Shown: piece after piece, positions 49,364 to 57,895 of the stretch | Layout: each line of letters opens with the position of its first letter | How positions within the stretch are numbered: the first letter of the stretch is position 1 | DNA from: Polyangiales bacterium | GTDB taxonomy: Bacteria; Myxococcota_A; Polyangia; Polyangiales; Ga0077539 | DNA length: 64,000 nucleotides | Assembly: GCA_044229975.1 (NCBI GenBank) | Contig: JBGARZ010000013.1 | Coordinates: forward strand, 128,001 to 192,000 | Direction: 5' to 3' | The notes under the pieces: generated by a model | Told to the model about the DNA's origin: nothing | Databases searched by the model: none | What the model saw: only the letters and a program-made list of their open reading frames with translations | Program-made: the position numbers and the translations under genes

Positions 49364-50350
49364 ATGCGAACCCTCCCCCGCGTACTCACCATCCTCGCCT
49401 TCGCCGTCCCCGTCGGTTGCACCATCCGCACGGTCCCCGCGCAGTCGACCCTCTACGCGCAGCCCACCGCGGTCGCCGTCGGTCAGCCCACCGCGGTCGC
49501 CGTCGGCCAGCCCACTGGCGTCGCCGTCGCGGTCGGTCAGCCTGGTTACGCAGGCGCGTCGGTCAACGGCTCCGGCTGGGGTACCCCGGGCGTCAGCGGA
49601 AGCGTGACCGTCGGCGGCTCGGTCGGCGGAACGTGGGGCGGCGGCGCCCCCCAGCCCGGCGTCGGCGTCGGCGTCAACGTCGGTCAGCCCGCGCAGCCCG
49701 GCTACGCGGTCGGCGTCGGTCAGCCCGCGCAGCCCGGCTACGCGGTCGGCGTCGGTCAGCCCGCGCAGCCCGGTTACGCGGTCGGCGTCGGCCAGCCCGC
49801 GCAGCCCGGTTACGCGGTCGGCGTCGGTACGCCCGCGCAGCCTCCGATCGGCGTCGGCGTCGCGGTCGCCCAGCCCGTGCAGCCCACCATTGGCGGCGGC
49901 GTTGGCATCGCCCAGCCTGTGCGACCGATGCAGCCCGGCATCAACGGTGGTGTCGGCATCGCCCAGCCCGTGCGACCCATGCAGCCTGGCATCAACAGCG
50001 GCGTCGGCATCGCCCAGCCTGTGCAGCCGATGCAGCCCGGCATCAACGGCGGTGTCGGCATCGCTCAGCCCGTGCGACCCGTGCAGCCCACGATGAACGG
50101 CGGCGTCGGCATCGCTCAGCCCGTCCAGCCGATGCAGCCCACCGTCAACGGCGGTGTGGGCATCGCCCAGCCCGTGCGGCCCGTGCAGCCCGCCATCAAC
50201 GGTGGCGTTGGCGTCGTGCAGCCGGTGCGTCCGGTCGGTGGGGCCACCGTCGCCTCGCCGGGCGCCATCACCACGCCGCTCCCGCCCATCATCCGTCGCC
50301 CCATCGACCCGTCGCAGATCACCGCCCAGCCCGTCCCGATGCCGCGCTGA
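49364..50350 (+). CDS. Low-complexity G/V/Q/P repeat lipoprotein
   Basis: PVGC lipobox; 12-aa and 17-aa tandem repeats. Confidence 0.75.
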   Translation: MRTLPRVLTILAFAVPVGCTIRTVPAQSTLYAQPTAVAVGQPTAVAVGQPTGVAVAVGQPGYAGASVNGSGWGTPGVSGSVTVGGSVGGTWGGGAPQPGVGVGVNVGQPAQPGYAVGVGQPAQPGYAVGVGQPAQPGYAVGVGQPAQPGYAVGVGTPAQPPIGVGVAVAQPVQPTIGGGVGIAQPVRPMQPGINGGVGIAQPVRPMQPGINSGVGIAQPVQPMQPGINGGVGIAQPVRPVQPTMNGGVGIAQPVQPMQPTVNGGVGIAQPVRPVQPAINGGVGVVQPVRPVGGATVASPGAITTPLPPIIRRPIDPSQITAQPVPMPR

Positions 50351-50463
50351 CATACCCGCCCGGGTATTCTCACCCCGCCCTCCCCGCCGCTCGCCCCCGT
50401 CCCCCGACCGACCGACCGCTCCGCCCGTGCGCTCCCTCGCGCCGCGCGTCATGCGATGGCCCG

Positions 50464-51435
50464 ATGCGTACGCGCTTGATCATCCCGGCCTCGGTGTTTG
50501 CGCTCGTCGCGGCGGCGCTCTTCCTCGAACGCTCGCCGCCCGACCCCGACTCGCTTTTCGGTCACGCCATCCGCGCCGAGCCCGTCCACCTCGTCGTGCA
50601 CGCCGCGCTCTACGCGAGCCTCGCGGCGCTCCTCGCGTGGCGCTGGTTTCCCCCATCGGCGCTCGCCGCCCCGCGCGCTTCGCTCTGGCGTCGCGGCCTC
50701 GCCGCCAGCGCCATCTTCGCGTTCGCGGCCGGCGCGCAGGAACTCGCCCAGGCCCTCAGCCGCGGACGCGCGCCCTGCATGGAGGAGTACTTCGACCTCT
50801 CCGTCGACGTGGCCGGCGCGTGCCTCGGCGTCATCGCGTGGTCCATGGCCGACGCCCGTCGCCGCTACCCCGTGGCCCGCGCCCTCGGCGTCCTCCTGCA
50901 CCCGGCCATCGTCGGCCCGCTCGGCATGTACGCCGTGCTCCACAGCGCGCTCGCCGACCCGCGCGCCGCCGCCCGTTGGACGGCCCTCGGCGTCGCCGCG
51001 ACGCTCCCCGTCGCCGCCGTGTGGCAGGTCGGGCTGCGCCGCGGCTGGTTCGACGACCGCGACCTCTCGGTGCGCTCCCAGCGACCCGCGTTTCTGCTGG
51101 TGGCGATGCTCTGCGCGGCCGGCCTCTACGCGTCGGTGATCGCCCTCGACGCACCCACCGTGGTGCGCCACGTCGCGCTCGCGGGCGCGCTCGCCGCGGT
51201 GCTGGTGACAACCGCGACGGTCGCTGGGCTCAAGGTGAGCGGACACGTCGCCGTGCCGGTGGGCGTGATGGTGCTGCTACAGGCCACGTCGTTTCGTGGT
51301 CCGTGGCCCTTCGTGCTGGCGGCCGTGGCGGTGAGCTGGGCGAGGGTGCGGGAGGGGCGGCACACGCCGCGCGAGGTGATCGGGGGTTGGGCCATCGCGG
51401 GCGCCTCGGGGCTGCTCACGCGATGGGCGGGGTGA
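50464..51435 (+). CDS. Polytopic membrane protein with VanZ-like N-half and PAP2-like C-half
   Basis: H..LYA.L, QE..Q...R...D...D..G (VanZ-like); KVSGH and WARV...RHT..EV (PAP2-like). Confidence 0.65.
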   Translation: MRTRLIIPASVFALVAAALFLERSPPDPDSLFGHAIRAEPVHLVVHAALYASLAALLAWRWFPPSALAAPRASLWRRGLAASAIFAFAAGAQELAQALSRGRAPCMEEYFDLSVDVAGACLGVIAWSMADARRRYPVARALGVLLHPAIVGPLGMYAVLHSALADPRAAARWTALGVAATLPVAAVWQVGLRRGWFDDRDLSVRSQRPAFLLVAMLCAAGLYASVIALDAPTVVRHVALAGALAAVLVTTATVAGLKVSGHVAVPVGVMVLLQATSFRGPWPFVLAAVAVSWARVREGRHTPREVIGGWAIAGASGLLTRWAG

Positions 51436-51438
51436 CCG

Positions 51439-52089
51439 TCAGCGGGGGTCGCGGAGCTGCGCCTTCACCGCGTCGGTCATGAACATGTAGACGAGCCACA
51501 CGAAGGGCGCGAAGAGGCCGTTCACGTAGGGGATCACCTGCATCACGCAGCAGGCGAGGGCGAGTGACTTCGGGGCGCGCGCGGAGCGGCCGCTCTGCAT
51601 CATCACGCTGTCGAGGGCCTCGCAGTACCCGAGGTTCTGCGCGAACACCCAGTACAGGTTGTAGAGCGGGACGAACTCGAAGCCGACCGCGGCGGCGGGG
51701 CTGATCTCGCGACCGCTGGCGGTGCGCCGGTATTCGCGCGGGAGAAACTGCCAGGACTTGTAGACCCACGTCAGGCACGACACGCCCCAGACGCAGACCG
51801 TGGCGAGCCACAGCAGTCCGGTGACCCCCAGGGCGACGTCGTGGGGCCCAGCTTGTTCGACGCCCTCCGACATGGCCGCAAACGCGCAGAACGCGATGAA
51901 CATCGGGATGCCCACCACCATGCTCGCGAGGGCGACCCACTTCACCGCGAAGCCGCCCGACCCCGCGGGCACGATGGTGGTGCTCGGCCCGTAGGGAGAC
52001 GCGCCCCAGGGCATGGACGTGGGAGGCAGGCCGTAGCCCCCGGGCGGCGGGTACTGCGGCGATCCGTACGGCGGCATGGTGGGTTGCAT
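51439..52089 (-). CDS. Membrane protein with Pro/Tyr/Gly-rich N-terminus (DUF4328-like)
   Basis: TM helices; WVYK, SPAAAVG.FVPLYNLYW. Confidence 0.7.
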   Translation of the reverse strand: MQPTMPPYGSPQYPPPGGYGLPPTSMPWGASPYGPSTTIVPAGSGGFAVKWVALASMVVGIPMFIAFCAFAAMSEGVEQAGPHDVALGVTGLLWLATVCVWGVSCLTWVYKSWQFLPREYRRTASGREISPAAAVGFEFVPLYNLYWVFAQNLGYCEALDSVMMQSGRSARAPKSLALACCVMQVIPYVNGLFAPFVWLVYMFMTDAVKAQLRDPR

Positions 52090-52216
52090 CGTCGGGTGTT
52101 GCTCCGGTGGGCGATGGGGGAGACGGTTCTATGGACGTACGTTCTCGCGAGAGCGCGCGTCAACCACGGGGGCGCCCGCTTGACGCGCGGTGGGCGCGCG
52201 ATGTGGCATCGCCCGC

Positions 52217-52675
52217 ATGGACAGGATCATCGAGAAGCAGTGGTACTACGAGGTCGGCCCGCAGCGGGTGGGCCCGCTCCCGTGGGAGAGCTTCCTCCAG
52301 GCCGCGCGCGAGAACCGCTTCGGCCCGCACAGCCGCGTGTGGTCCGACGGGTGGACCGACTGGGTCCCCGCGGTGCAGGTGCCGGGCCTCTTCGCCGCGA
52401 CCAACGGCCCCACCACCACCGCGGCCGAGCGCGCCATCCTCCCGGTGGGCCGGACGGGATCCGCCATCGCCGCGGGCTACCTCGGGCTGCTCAGCCCCCT
52501 CCCCCCCTTCGCCCCGTTCGCCCTCGTCTTCGGCGTCATCGCGCTGCGCACCCTCAAGCGCGAACCCCACCTCCACGGCGCCGGGCGCGCGTGGTTTGGC
52601 ATCGTCATGGGGGCGCTCTTCTCGTTCATCTACGGGTTCGCGTTCCTGCAATCACGCGCGCACGGTGGCGGGTGA
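52217..52675 (+). CDS. GYF_2 (DUF4339) + DUF4190-like membrane protein
   Basis: WYY....QRVGP...VWSDGWTDWVPA; AIAAGYLGL...GVIALR...G.GRAWFGIVMG. Confidence 0.8.
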   Translation: MDRIIEKQWYYEVGPQRVGPLPWESFLQAARENRFGPHSRVWSDGWTDWVPAVQVPGLFAATNGPTTTAAERAILPVGRTGSAIAAGYLGLLSPLPPFAPFALVFGVIALRTLKREPHLHGAGRAWFGIVMGALFSFIYGFAFLQSRAHGGG

Positions 52676-53522
52676 GCGCGTCGGCGAAGCGCCCCGCCGA
52701 GTCGGGGTCGGTGCGGAAGTAGAGCGACGGCTCGATGACCTCCAGCTCCATCAGCGCGAGCGCCCCGTCGTCCAATCGGACGAGGTCGACGCGCGCCTGA
52801 AACGGCGGGTCGCCCAGCATACGCAGGGCCCGCTCGGCGGCCTTGTGCATCTCCGCGTCGGGCGTCGCCCGGTGGATGCGCCCGCCGTGCTCCTCCTGCA
52901 CCCGGAAGTCCCCGCCCCGCGGAACCTTCCGCACCGCGTGGCTGTACCCCCCGTCGAAGTAGAAGAGCGAGTGCTCCCCCTCGTCGAGCACGCTCTTCAC
53001 GAAGGGCTGGGCCATCCACGCGCGGCCGCGAAACATCCCTTCGAGGTACATCGCCGTGCCCTCGTCGACCTCGCGCGGCAGCCGGTGCGCGTCGAGGGCG
53101 TTGGCGCCCACCGTGGGCTTGAGCACCCACTCGTCGCTCCCGATGGAGGCCCCGAGCGGGCGCGCCGCTTCCACGGGTAGACCGCTGCCCCACTGCGTCG
53201 GGACGACCCTCACGCCGCGCGCTTCGAGGTCGCGAAGGTAGGTCTTGCGGAGGTTCCAGGTGACCAGGTCGAGCGGGTTGAGCAGCAGCACGCCGGCCCG
53301 CTCGATGGTGCCGAGCACGCCGAGAAATTCCTCGACGTGGTGCTGGTAGTCCCAGGTCGTGCGGATGACGACCACGTCGAACTTCCGCCAGTCGACGCCC
53401 TTGCGCCGCCACGGGACCTCCTCCACCCGCCACTGCCGCGAGCGCAGCTCGGCGACGGCGAGGTCGTCGTCGATGACGTAGGACTGGCGATCGTCGAGCG
53501 TGAGAAACGCAACTGCCGGCAT
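52626..53522 (-). CDS. ATP-grasp (RimK/glutathione synthetase-like) protein
   Basis: IRTTWDY, WNLRKTYL, VLKPTVG, DFRVQEEHGG, ARVDL, MELEVIEPSL. Confidence 0.87.
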   Translation of the reverse strand: MPAVAFLTLDDRQSYVIDDDLAVAELRSRQWRVEEVPWRRKGVDWRKFDVVVIRTTWDYQHHVEEFLGVLGTIERAGVLLLNPLDLVTWNLRKTYLRDLEARGVRVVPTQWGSGLPVEAARPLGASIGSDEWVLKPTVGANALDAHRLPREVDEGTAMYLEGMFRGRAWMAQPFVKSVLDEGEHSLFYFDGGYSHAVRKVPRGGDFRVQEEHGGRIHRATPDAEMHKAAERALRMLGDPPFQARVDLVRLDDGALALMELEVIEPSLYFRTDPDSAGRFADALTRHRARVIAGTRTRR

Positions 53523-53549
53523 CGGGTCCCCTCCCCCCCTCCCGCGGCG

Positions 53550-54647
53550 CTACTTGCCGCGCTTCTTCAGGTGGTTGGCGGCCGCCGAGCGCACGGCCGC
53601 CGCGACGCCCTTGCTCGCCGCGACGCGCTTCATGTCGCTCTCGCGCAGGTGCACCAGCAGCTTCATCCCCTCGCCCACCGGGGTCTTCGGGTTGCTCACC
53701 AGGTTGAGCTTCACCTCGTAGAGCCGCAGCCACGAGCCGCGGTTGGCGATGCGCCGCAGGATGTCCTCGCTCACGTTGCGGCTCGCCGCGTACTTGATGA
53801 TCTCGTCGTCGGCGATCTTCGGCGAGTCGAGCACCGCCGCCGCCACGAGGCGGTTGTTGGAGCGGATGAGCAGCGCCCGCTGCATGCCGTTGCCCAGCAT
53901 CGCCGTGCGGATCTTCTCCGTCACGTTCATGTCCTCGATGCGCTTCTCGGCCTTCTCGGCGCCCTGCTTGAAGCGGATGGCCCCTTCCTCGTCCTCCTCG
54001 ATGTCGTCGATGCTGAACGCGCTCGCCTCCGTCAGCGCCGACACGAAGGCCATGTCCCGCTCGTCGGGCTCCTCGCTGGCCGGCAGCACCACCTGGTTCT
54101 GCAGCGCCGCCACGATCTGCTCGAAGCCGGGGACGTTGACCTTCAGCCCGTTGCGCGCGGCAAACTCCACGATGCGGTCGGAGGTCGACATGCGCGTCGC
54201 GGGGTTGAGGTAGAGCGCCACGATGATCTCGGGCCACGCCAGCAGCCGCTGCTCGTTCTGCGAGATCATCTCGGTGAGCGCCTCGTCGGCCCCCGCGGCG
54301 ATGCGCGCCACGGTCTCGCCCGAGGTGTTGGGGTGCCGGATGACCCGCTCGATGTGATCGTGGTTGTCGGCGCCGCGCGTCGCGAGGTCGTCGAGCACCG
54401 CTGCGGGCAGCTCGATGGACGCCAGGGCCGCGCCCACCACCGCCTCCGGGAGCCCCTTGAGCGTCTTGGCCGCCGCGTCGCGCAGGCCCGGGTCGTCGCT
54501 CCACGCGAGGCCATAGAGGGCGCACAGCGAGGCCACGGGCGGCAGCGGCGCGAGCCCGCGCGCGGCCATCATCTTCAACGGCGCGGGACCCGCGAGCACC
54601 TTGCGCGCGGCCTCTGGGAGATGGTTCAGATCGACCGGGTGTTGCAT
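53550..54647 (-). CDS. Helical-repeat (HEAT/LRV-like) hypothetical protein
   Basis: Repeated HPNT/NPAT/NPKT motifs; KMMAARGLAPL; EKIRTAMLG. Confidence 0.8.
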   Translation of the reverse strand: MQHPVDLNHLPEAARKVLAGPAPLKMMAARGLAPLPPVASLCALYGLAWSDDPGLRDAAAKTLKGLPEAVVGAALASIELPAAVLDDLATRGADNHDHIERVIRHPNTSGETVARIAAGADEALTEMISQNEQRLLAWPEIIVALYLNPATRMSTSDRIVEFAARNGLKVNVPGFEQIVAALQNQVVLPASEEPDERDMAFVSALTEASAFSIDDIEEDEEGAIRFKQGAEKAEKRIEDMNVTEKIRTAMLGNGMQRALLIRSNNRLVAAAVLDSPKIADDEIIKYAASRNVSEDILRRIANRGSWLRLYEVKLNLVSNPKTPVGEGMKLLVHLRESDMKRVAASKGVAAAVRSAAANHLKKRGK

Positions 54648-54689
54648 CGCTCGGCAGCGTACGTCCCCGACGTCGCCGCTGGGAAGCCT

Positions 54690-55901
54690 CTACGCGCCGC
54701 AGGGCACGCCCGTCGGCTGCGACGACGTCGGTGGCAGACAGTACCGACTCCCGCCCACGACCGGCGCGCCGCGACCATCCTCCGGCCACGCGCACACCGC
54801 ACCCACGGCGCAGGCGCACCCGTCCGTACACGATCGGTACACGCACAGCGCGAGGTTGTCCGCGCCAGCCGGCCCCAGCGGCGTCATCGTCTCGGGACCG
54901 TCCCAGCAGCGCTCGCGCGAGACGCGGTTGAAGAGGCTCGCGCACAGCCCGCGCGTCGTCGACCCGACCCGCGCGCAGTACCCGCGGCACGTCGCGCTGC
55001 GCCCGCCCTCGTCGAGCGCTGCGGGGTCACACGGCGAGCCGTCGGCGGCCATGCGCCCGTCGTCCGCCCGCCGACCGCACACACCCGTCCGCAGGCTGCA
55101 CCGACCGCCGCGCGCGCTCCCCTGGCAGTCGCCGTCGCTCTCGCAGAAGCCCACGCACGCGGGCGCGTCGAGGCGCGCGACGTCGTGGCTCATCCACAGC
55201 GCGGTGCACACCTGCGCGCGAGCGCACCCCCCGCGGTTGACGACGCGCTCCCTCGGATCACACCCGCGCAGGCACCGCCCCTCCACACCGTCGAGCGAGA
55301 GGCACGTCGCGCCGACGCCACACACCCGCCGCTCCGTGTCCGCGTCCGACGGAGTACACGGCAGCGAGCACACGCCGCCGAGCTCTGCGTCGCACGTGTA
55401 CGGCGCCTCGCAGTCCGCCGCCCCGCGGCACCGCGCGCTCGCGCCCCGCTGCCTCGGGACACACGCCCCCCGATCGCACACGTCGCCCTCACGGCACCGC
55501 ACGCCGCAGCGCCCGCAGTCCTCCGTCGACCCCGCGAGGTCGACGCATCGCACGCCGCCGTCGACGCCGTCGCAGGGCGAGAGCACGCCGCACACCGGGT
55601 CGACGCATCCGTTGACGCCGTCGCACACCGTCCCGTCGGTGCATCGCGAGGGCACGGCGACCCGCTCGCAGCGCCCGCTGCGACAGCGGTCGGCGGTGCA
55701 CCCGACGCCGTCGTCGCAGTCCTCGTCGGCCGCGCACTCCGCGGGCGCCACCACCTCTGCTTCCACTGCGCCGTCGGTCACCGCGACGCTCACCGTGCGC
55801 CCGCAACCGAGGGCCAGAATGAGTGCCAGCGCGCCCGGCTGTCGTGGGTTTTCAACCCGCGGCGGCCGGGCGCGGTGACCTTGAAAGAGCAGCCCCCTCA
55901 C
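54690..55901 (-). CDS. Cys-rich lipoprotein
   Basis: GTG at 55901 coupled to the upstream stop; ALGC lipobox; CDDGVGCTADRC and DCGRCG..C repeats. Confidence 0.72.
   Translation of the reverse strand: MRGLLFQGHRARPPRVENPRQPGALALILALGCGRTVSVAVTDGAVEAEVVAPAECAADEDCDDGVGCTADRCRSGRCERVAVPSRCTDGTVCDGVNGCVDPVCGVLSPCDGVDGGVRCVDLAGSTEDCGRCGVRCREGDVCDRGACVPRQRGASARCRGAADCEAPYTCDAELGGVCSLPCTPSDADTERRVCGVGATCLSLDGVEGRCLRGCDPRERVVNRGGCARAQVCTALWMSHDVARLDAPACVGFCESDGDCQGSARGGRCSLRTGVCGRRADDGRMAADGSPCDPAALDEGGRSATCRGYCARVGSTTRGLCASLFNRVSRERCWDGPETMTPLGPAGADNLALCVYRSCTDGCACAVGAVCAWPEDGRGAPVVGGSRYCLPPTSSQPTGVPCGA
55829..55897. repeat. REP-like palindrome, family 2, second copy
   Basis: 55831..55867 matches 34021..34057 at 35/37 positions; also shares the gaccttga arm. 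Confidence 0.8.
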
Positions 55902-57877
55902 GGCGCCCGCTCGAACGCGCTCCCGTTCCAGCGGTAGGTCACCCGCCGCGAGCCCGCGTCCCACGGCAGCAGCAGCGGGAAGAAGCCCTGCGGCGCCACG
56001 TCGTGGAAGGAGTACGTCCCCGCGGTCCACCCCTGCGCGCTGCCGCTCCCGAGCGTGACCGACGCGTTGTCGCCCAGCGCGATCACCTCGTTGACCACCG
56101 CGCGATCGCCCACGCGCCGCGCCACCTCGGCGCCAAACACCCGACCGCGCCGCTCGCCCGTCACGGCGTACGCGAGCAGCATCTCGCGCTGCGACGTCAC
56201 CGGCGCGCCCTGCACCTGCACCGTCACGTTGCGGCGCACCCGCACCACGGCCTCGCGCTTACCGTCGCCCGTAAGATCGGCGAGGCGCAGGTCGAGCACC
56301 GCGTCGCCCTCCGACAGCGGCAGCGACACCGAGTAGTACGACCGCCCCCCGTAGAACCGCTGCCCCACCACCACCAGCACGCGCCCGAACACCAGCACCT
56401 GCTCGGCGAACGCGTCCTCCGCCACGTCGCCGCTCGCGCGGTGCGACGGCGCCGTGCCTTCCGGGATGTTCTCCCGCTGGCGAAACAGCCGCAGCACCCC
56501 GTCGAGGTCGGCTGGCAGTGGGGCCTCCACCACGGGTGCACTCGGCGCGCTCACCGGCGCCGGCGCCGACTGTGCGACACCCGCGTTGGCCTCACGCCGC
56601 GCCACGGTGAAGGTGCGCGCCGATGGGCTCCACGCGAACACCCGCGCCCGATCGGCGCTCCACGGCGTCAGCGGCGCTTCGACGCCCGCCTCCGTCGCCG
56701 TCGGCCACGTCGCGGCGGTGAAGCCCACCGGCGCGCCCGCCTCGATGCGCAGCCCGTTGCCCTCGTACGACACGCGATCGCTCAAGCGACCCGGCCCCAG
56801 CGCGCGCCCCACCTCGTGGCTGAACACCTGCTGGAGCGACGCTCCCTCCGCGAGCTGATAGACGGTGAGCACCTCGCGGGTGAATCCACCCTCCGTCCCC
56901 ACGCGCTGTCGCAGCGCCACCTCGGCGCGGTTGTCGCCGGTGAGGTCGCGCACCGTCACGTCGAGCAGGTCGTCGGCGTTGCGCGTCGGCAATCGAATGA
57001 ACGCGTACGCCCCGCCCTCCCCCACCGCGGGCCCCACCACCACCACGTAGCCCGGGAACACCACCACCCGCTCGGGCCTCGCATCACCCGCCATGTCGAC
57101 GGTGCGATCGAGGCGCGGCGCACCCGTGACGTTGTTCTCGGAGCGGAAGCGATCGAGCAGCGCCGACGGAGCCGGCGGAGCGTTGGCGCCGAGCGTCAAC
57201 GGCAGCGCGTCGGGGTGCGCGCCATCGCCCGGACCCGTCGCGATGACGCTGTCGGCGGCGCTGCGACGTGGAGCGTCGGCGTCGGCGTAGGCCACGCGCG
57301 CGCGCAGCGTCGCGAGGTTGGCGCGCACCTCGGGGATGGCGCTCCACGGGATGCGGGCTTCGACGGTGAGGCCCATGCGATCGGGCAGCGGCGCCTCGAC
57401 CAGCTCACCGCGTGCGACTGCACCGCGACCGCCGACGCGAAAGCGCATGGCGCCTGGAAACGATCCGGGCTCACCGGGGTAGAGGTCGATCTCGTACGCG
57501 ACCGTACGACCGCTCGCGGTGACAGCGAGCGCGACGGAGAAGTGGTCGTCGGCGTCGGCGTGGGCGCTCGATCGCACGAGCAGGTCATCACGCAACTCAG
57601 CCGCGACCCAAAGCCCTTCGTCGTCGCGCGCGAGGGCGTAGCCGAAGGAGGCGTCGTCCGCGCCTCGCCACGCACTTTGGCCGACGGTGACGCTCGCGCG
57701 CTCGTCGACGGCGCGCATCTGTCCGAAGCCCGACCACTCGCGCAAGAGGCCGTCGAGCGTGAGGCGGGCGGCCCCGCGCTCGAACACCTCCACCGCGGTC
57801 TGGGCGGAGGCGGTCGCGCTGGCGAGGGTGATGGCGAGGGAGAGGGAGAGGCGGTTCATCATCGTCGGGTATGACAC
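55898..57877 (-). CDS. Secreted protein with CBM9/DOMON-like N-domain and duplicated FG-GAP-like modules
   Basis: ASA signal; LDG.L.EW...D...L..A....DD...EARIPW; DLTGDNRAEV and DLTGDGKREA. The start may be the ATG near 57859-57862. Confidence 0.75.
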   Translation of the reverse strand: MSYPTMMNRLSLSLAITLASATASAQTAVEVFERGAARLTLDGLLREWSGFGQMRAVDERASVTVGQSAWRGADDASFGYALARDDEGLWVAAELRDDLLVRSSAHADADDHFSVALAVTASGRTVAYEIDLYPGEPGSFPGAMRFRVGGRGAVARGELVEAPLPDRMGLTVEARIPWSAIPEVRANLATLRARVAYADADAPRRSAADSVIATGPGDGAHPDALPLTLGANAPPAPSALLDRFRSENNVTGAPRLDRTVDMAGDARPERVVVFPGYVVVVGPAVGEGGAYAFIRLPTRNADDLLDVTVRDLTGDNRAEVALRQRVGTEGGFTREVLTVYQLAEGASLQQVFSHEVGRALGPGRLSDRVSYEGNGLRIEAGAPVGFTAATWPTATEAGVEAPLTPWSADRARVFAWSPSARTFTVARREANAGVAQSAPAPVSAPSAPVVEAPLPADLDGVLRLFRQRENIPEGTAPSHRASGDVAEDAFAEQVLVFGRVLVVVGQRFYGGRSYYSVSLPLSEGDAVLDLRLADLTGDGKREAVVRVRRNVTVQVQGAPVTSQREMLLAYAVTGERRGRVFGAEVARRVGDRAVVNEVIALGDNASVTLGSGSAQGWTAGTYSFHDVAPQGFFPLLLPWDAGSRRVTYRWNGSAFERAP

Positions 57878-57895
57878 CCAACGCGGGCGATTGGT

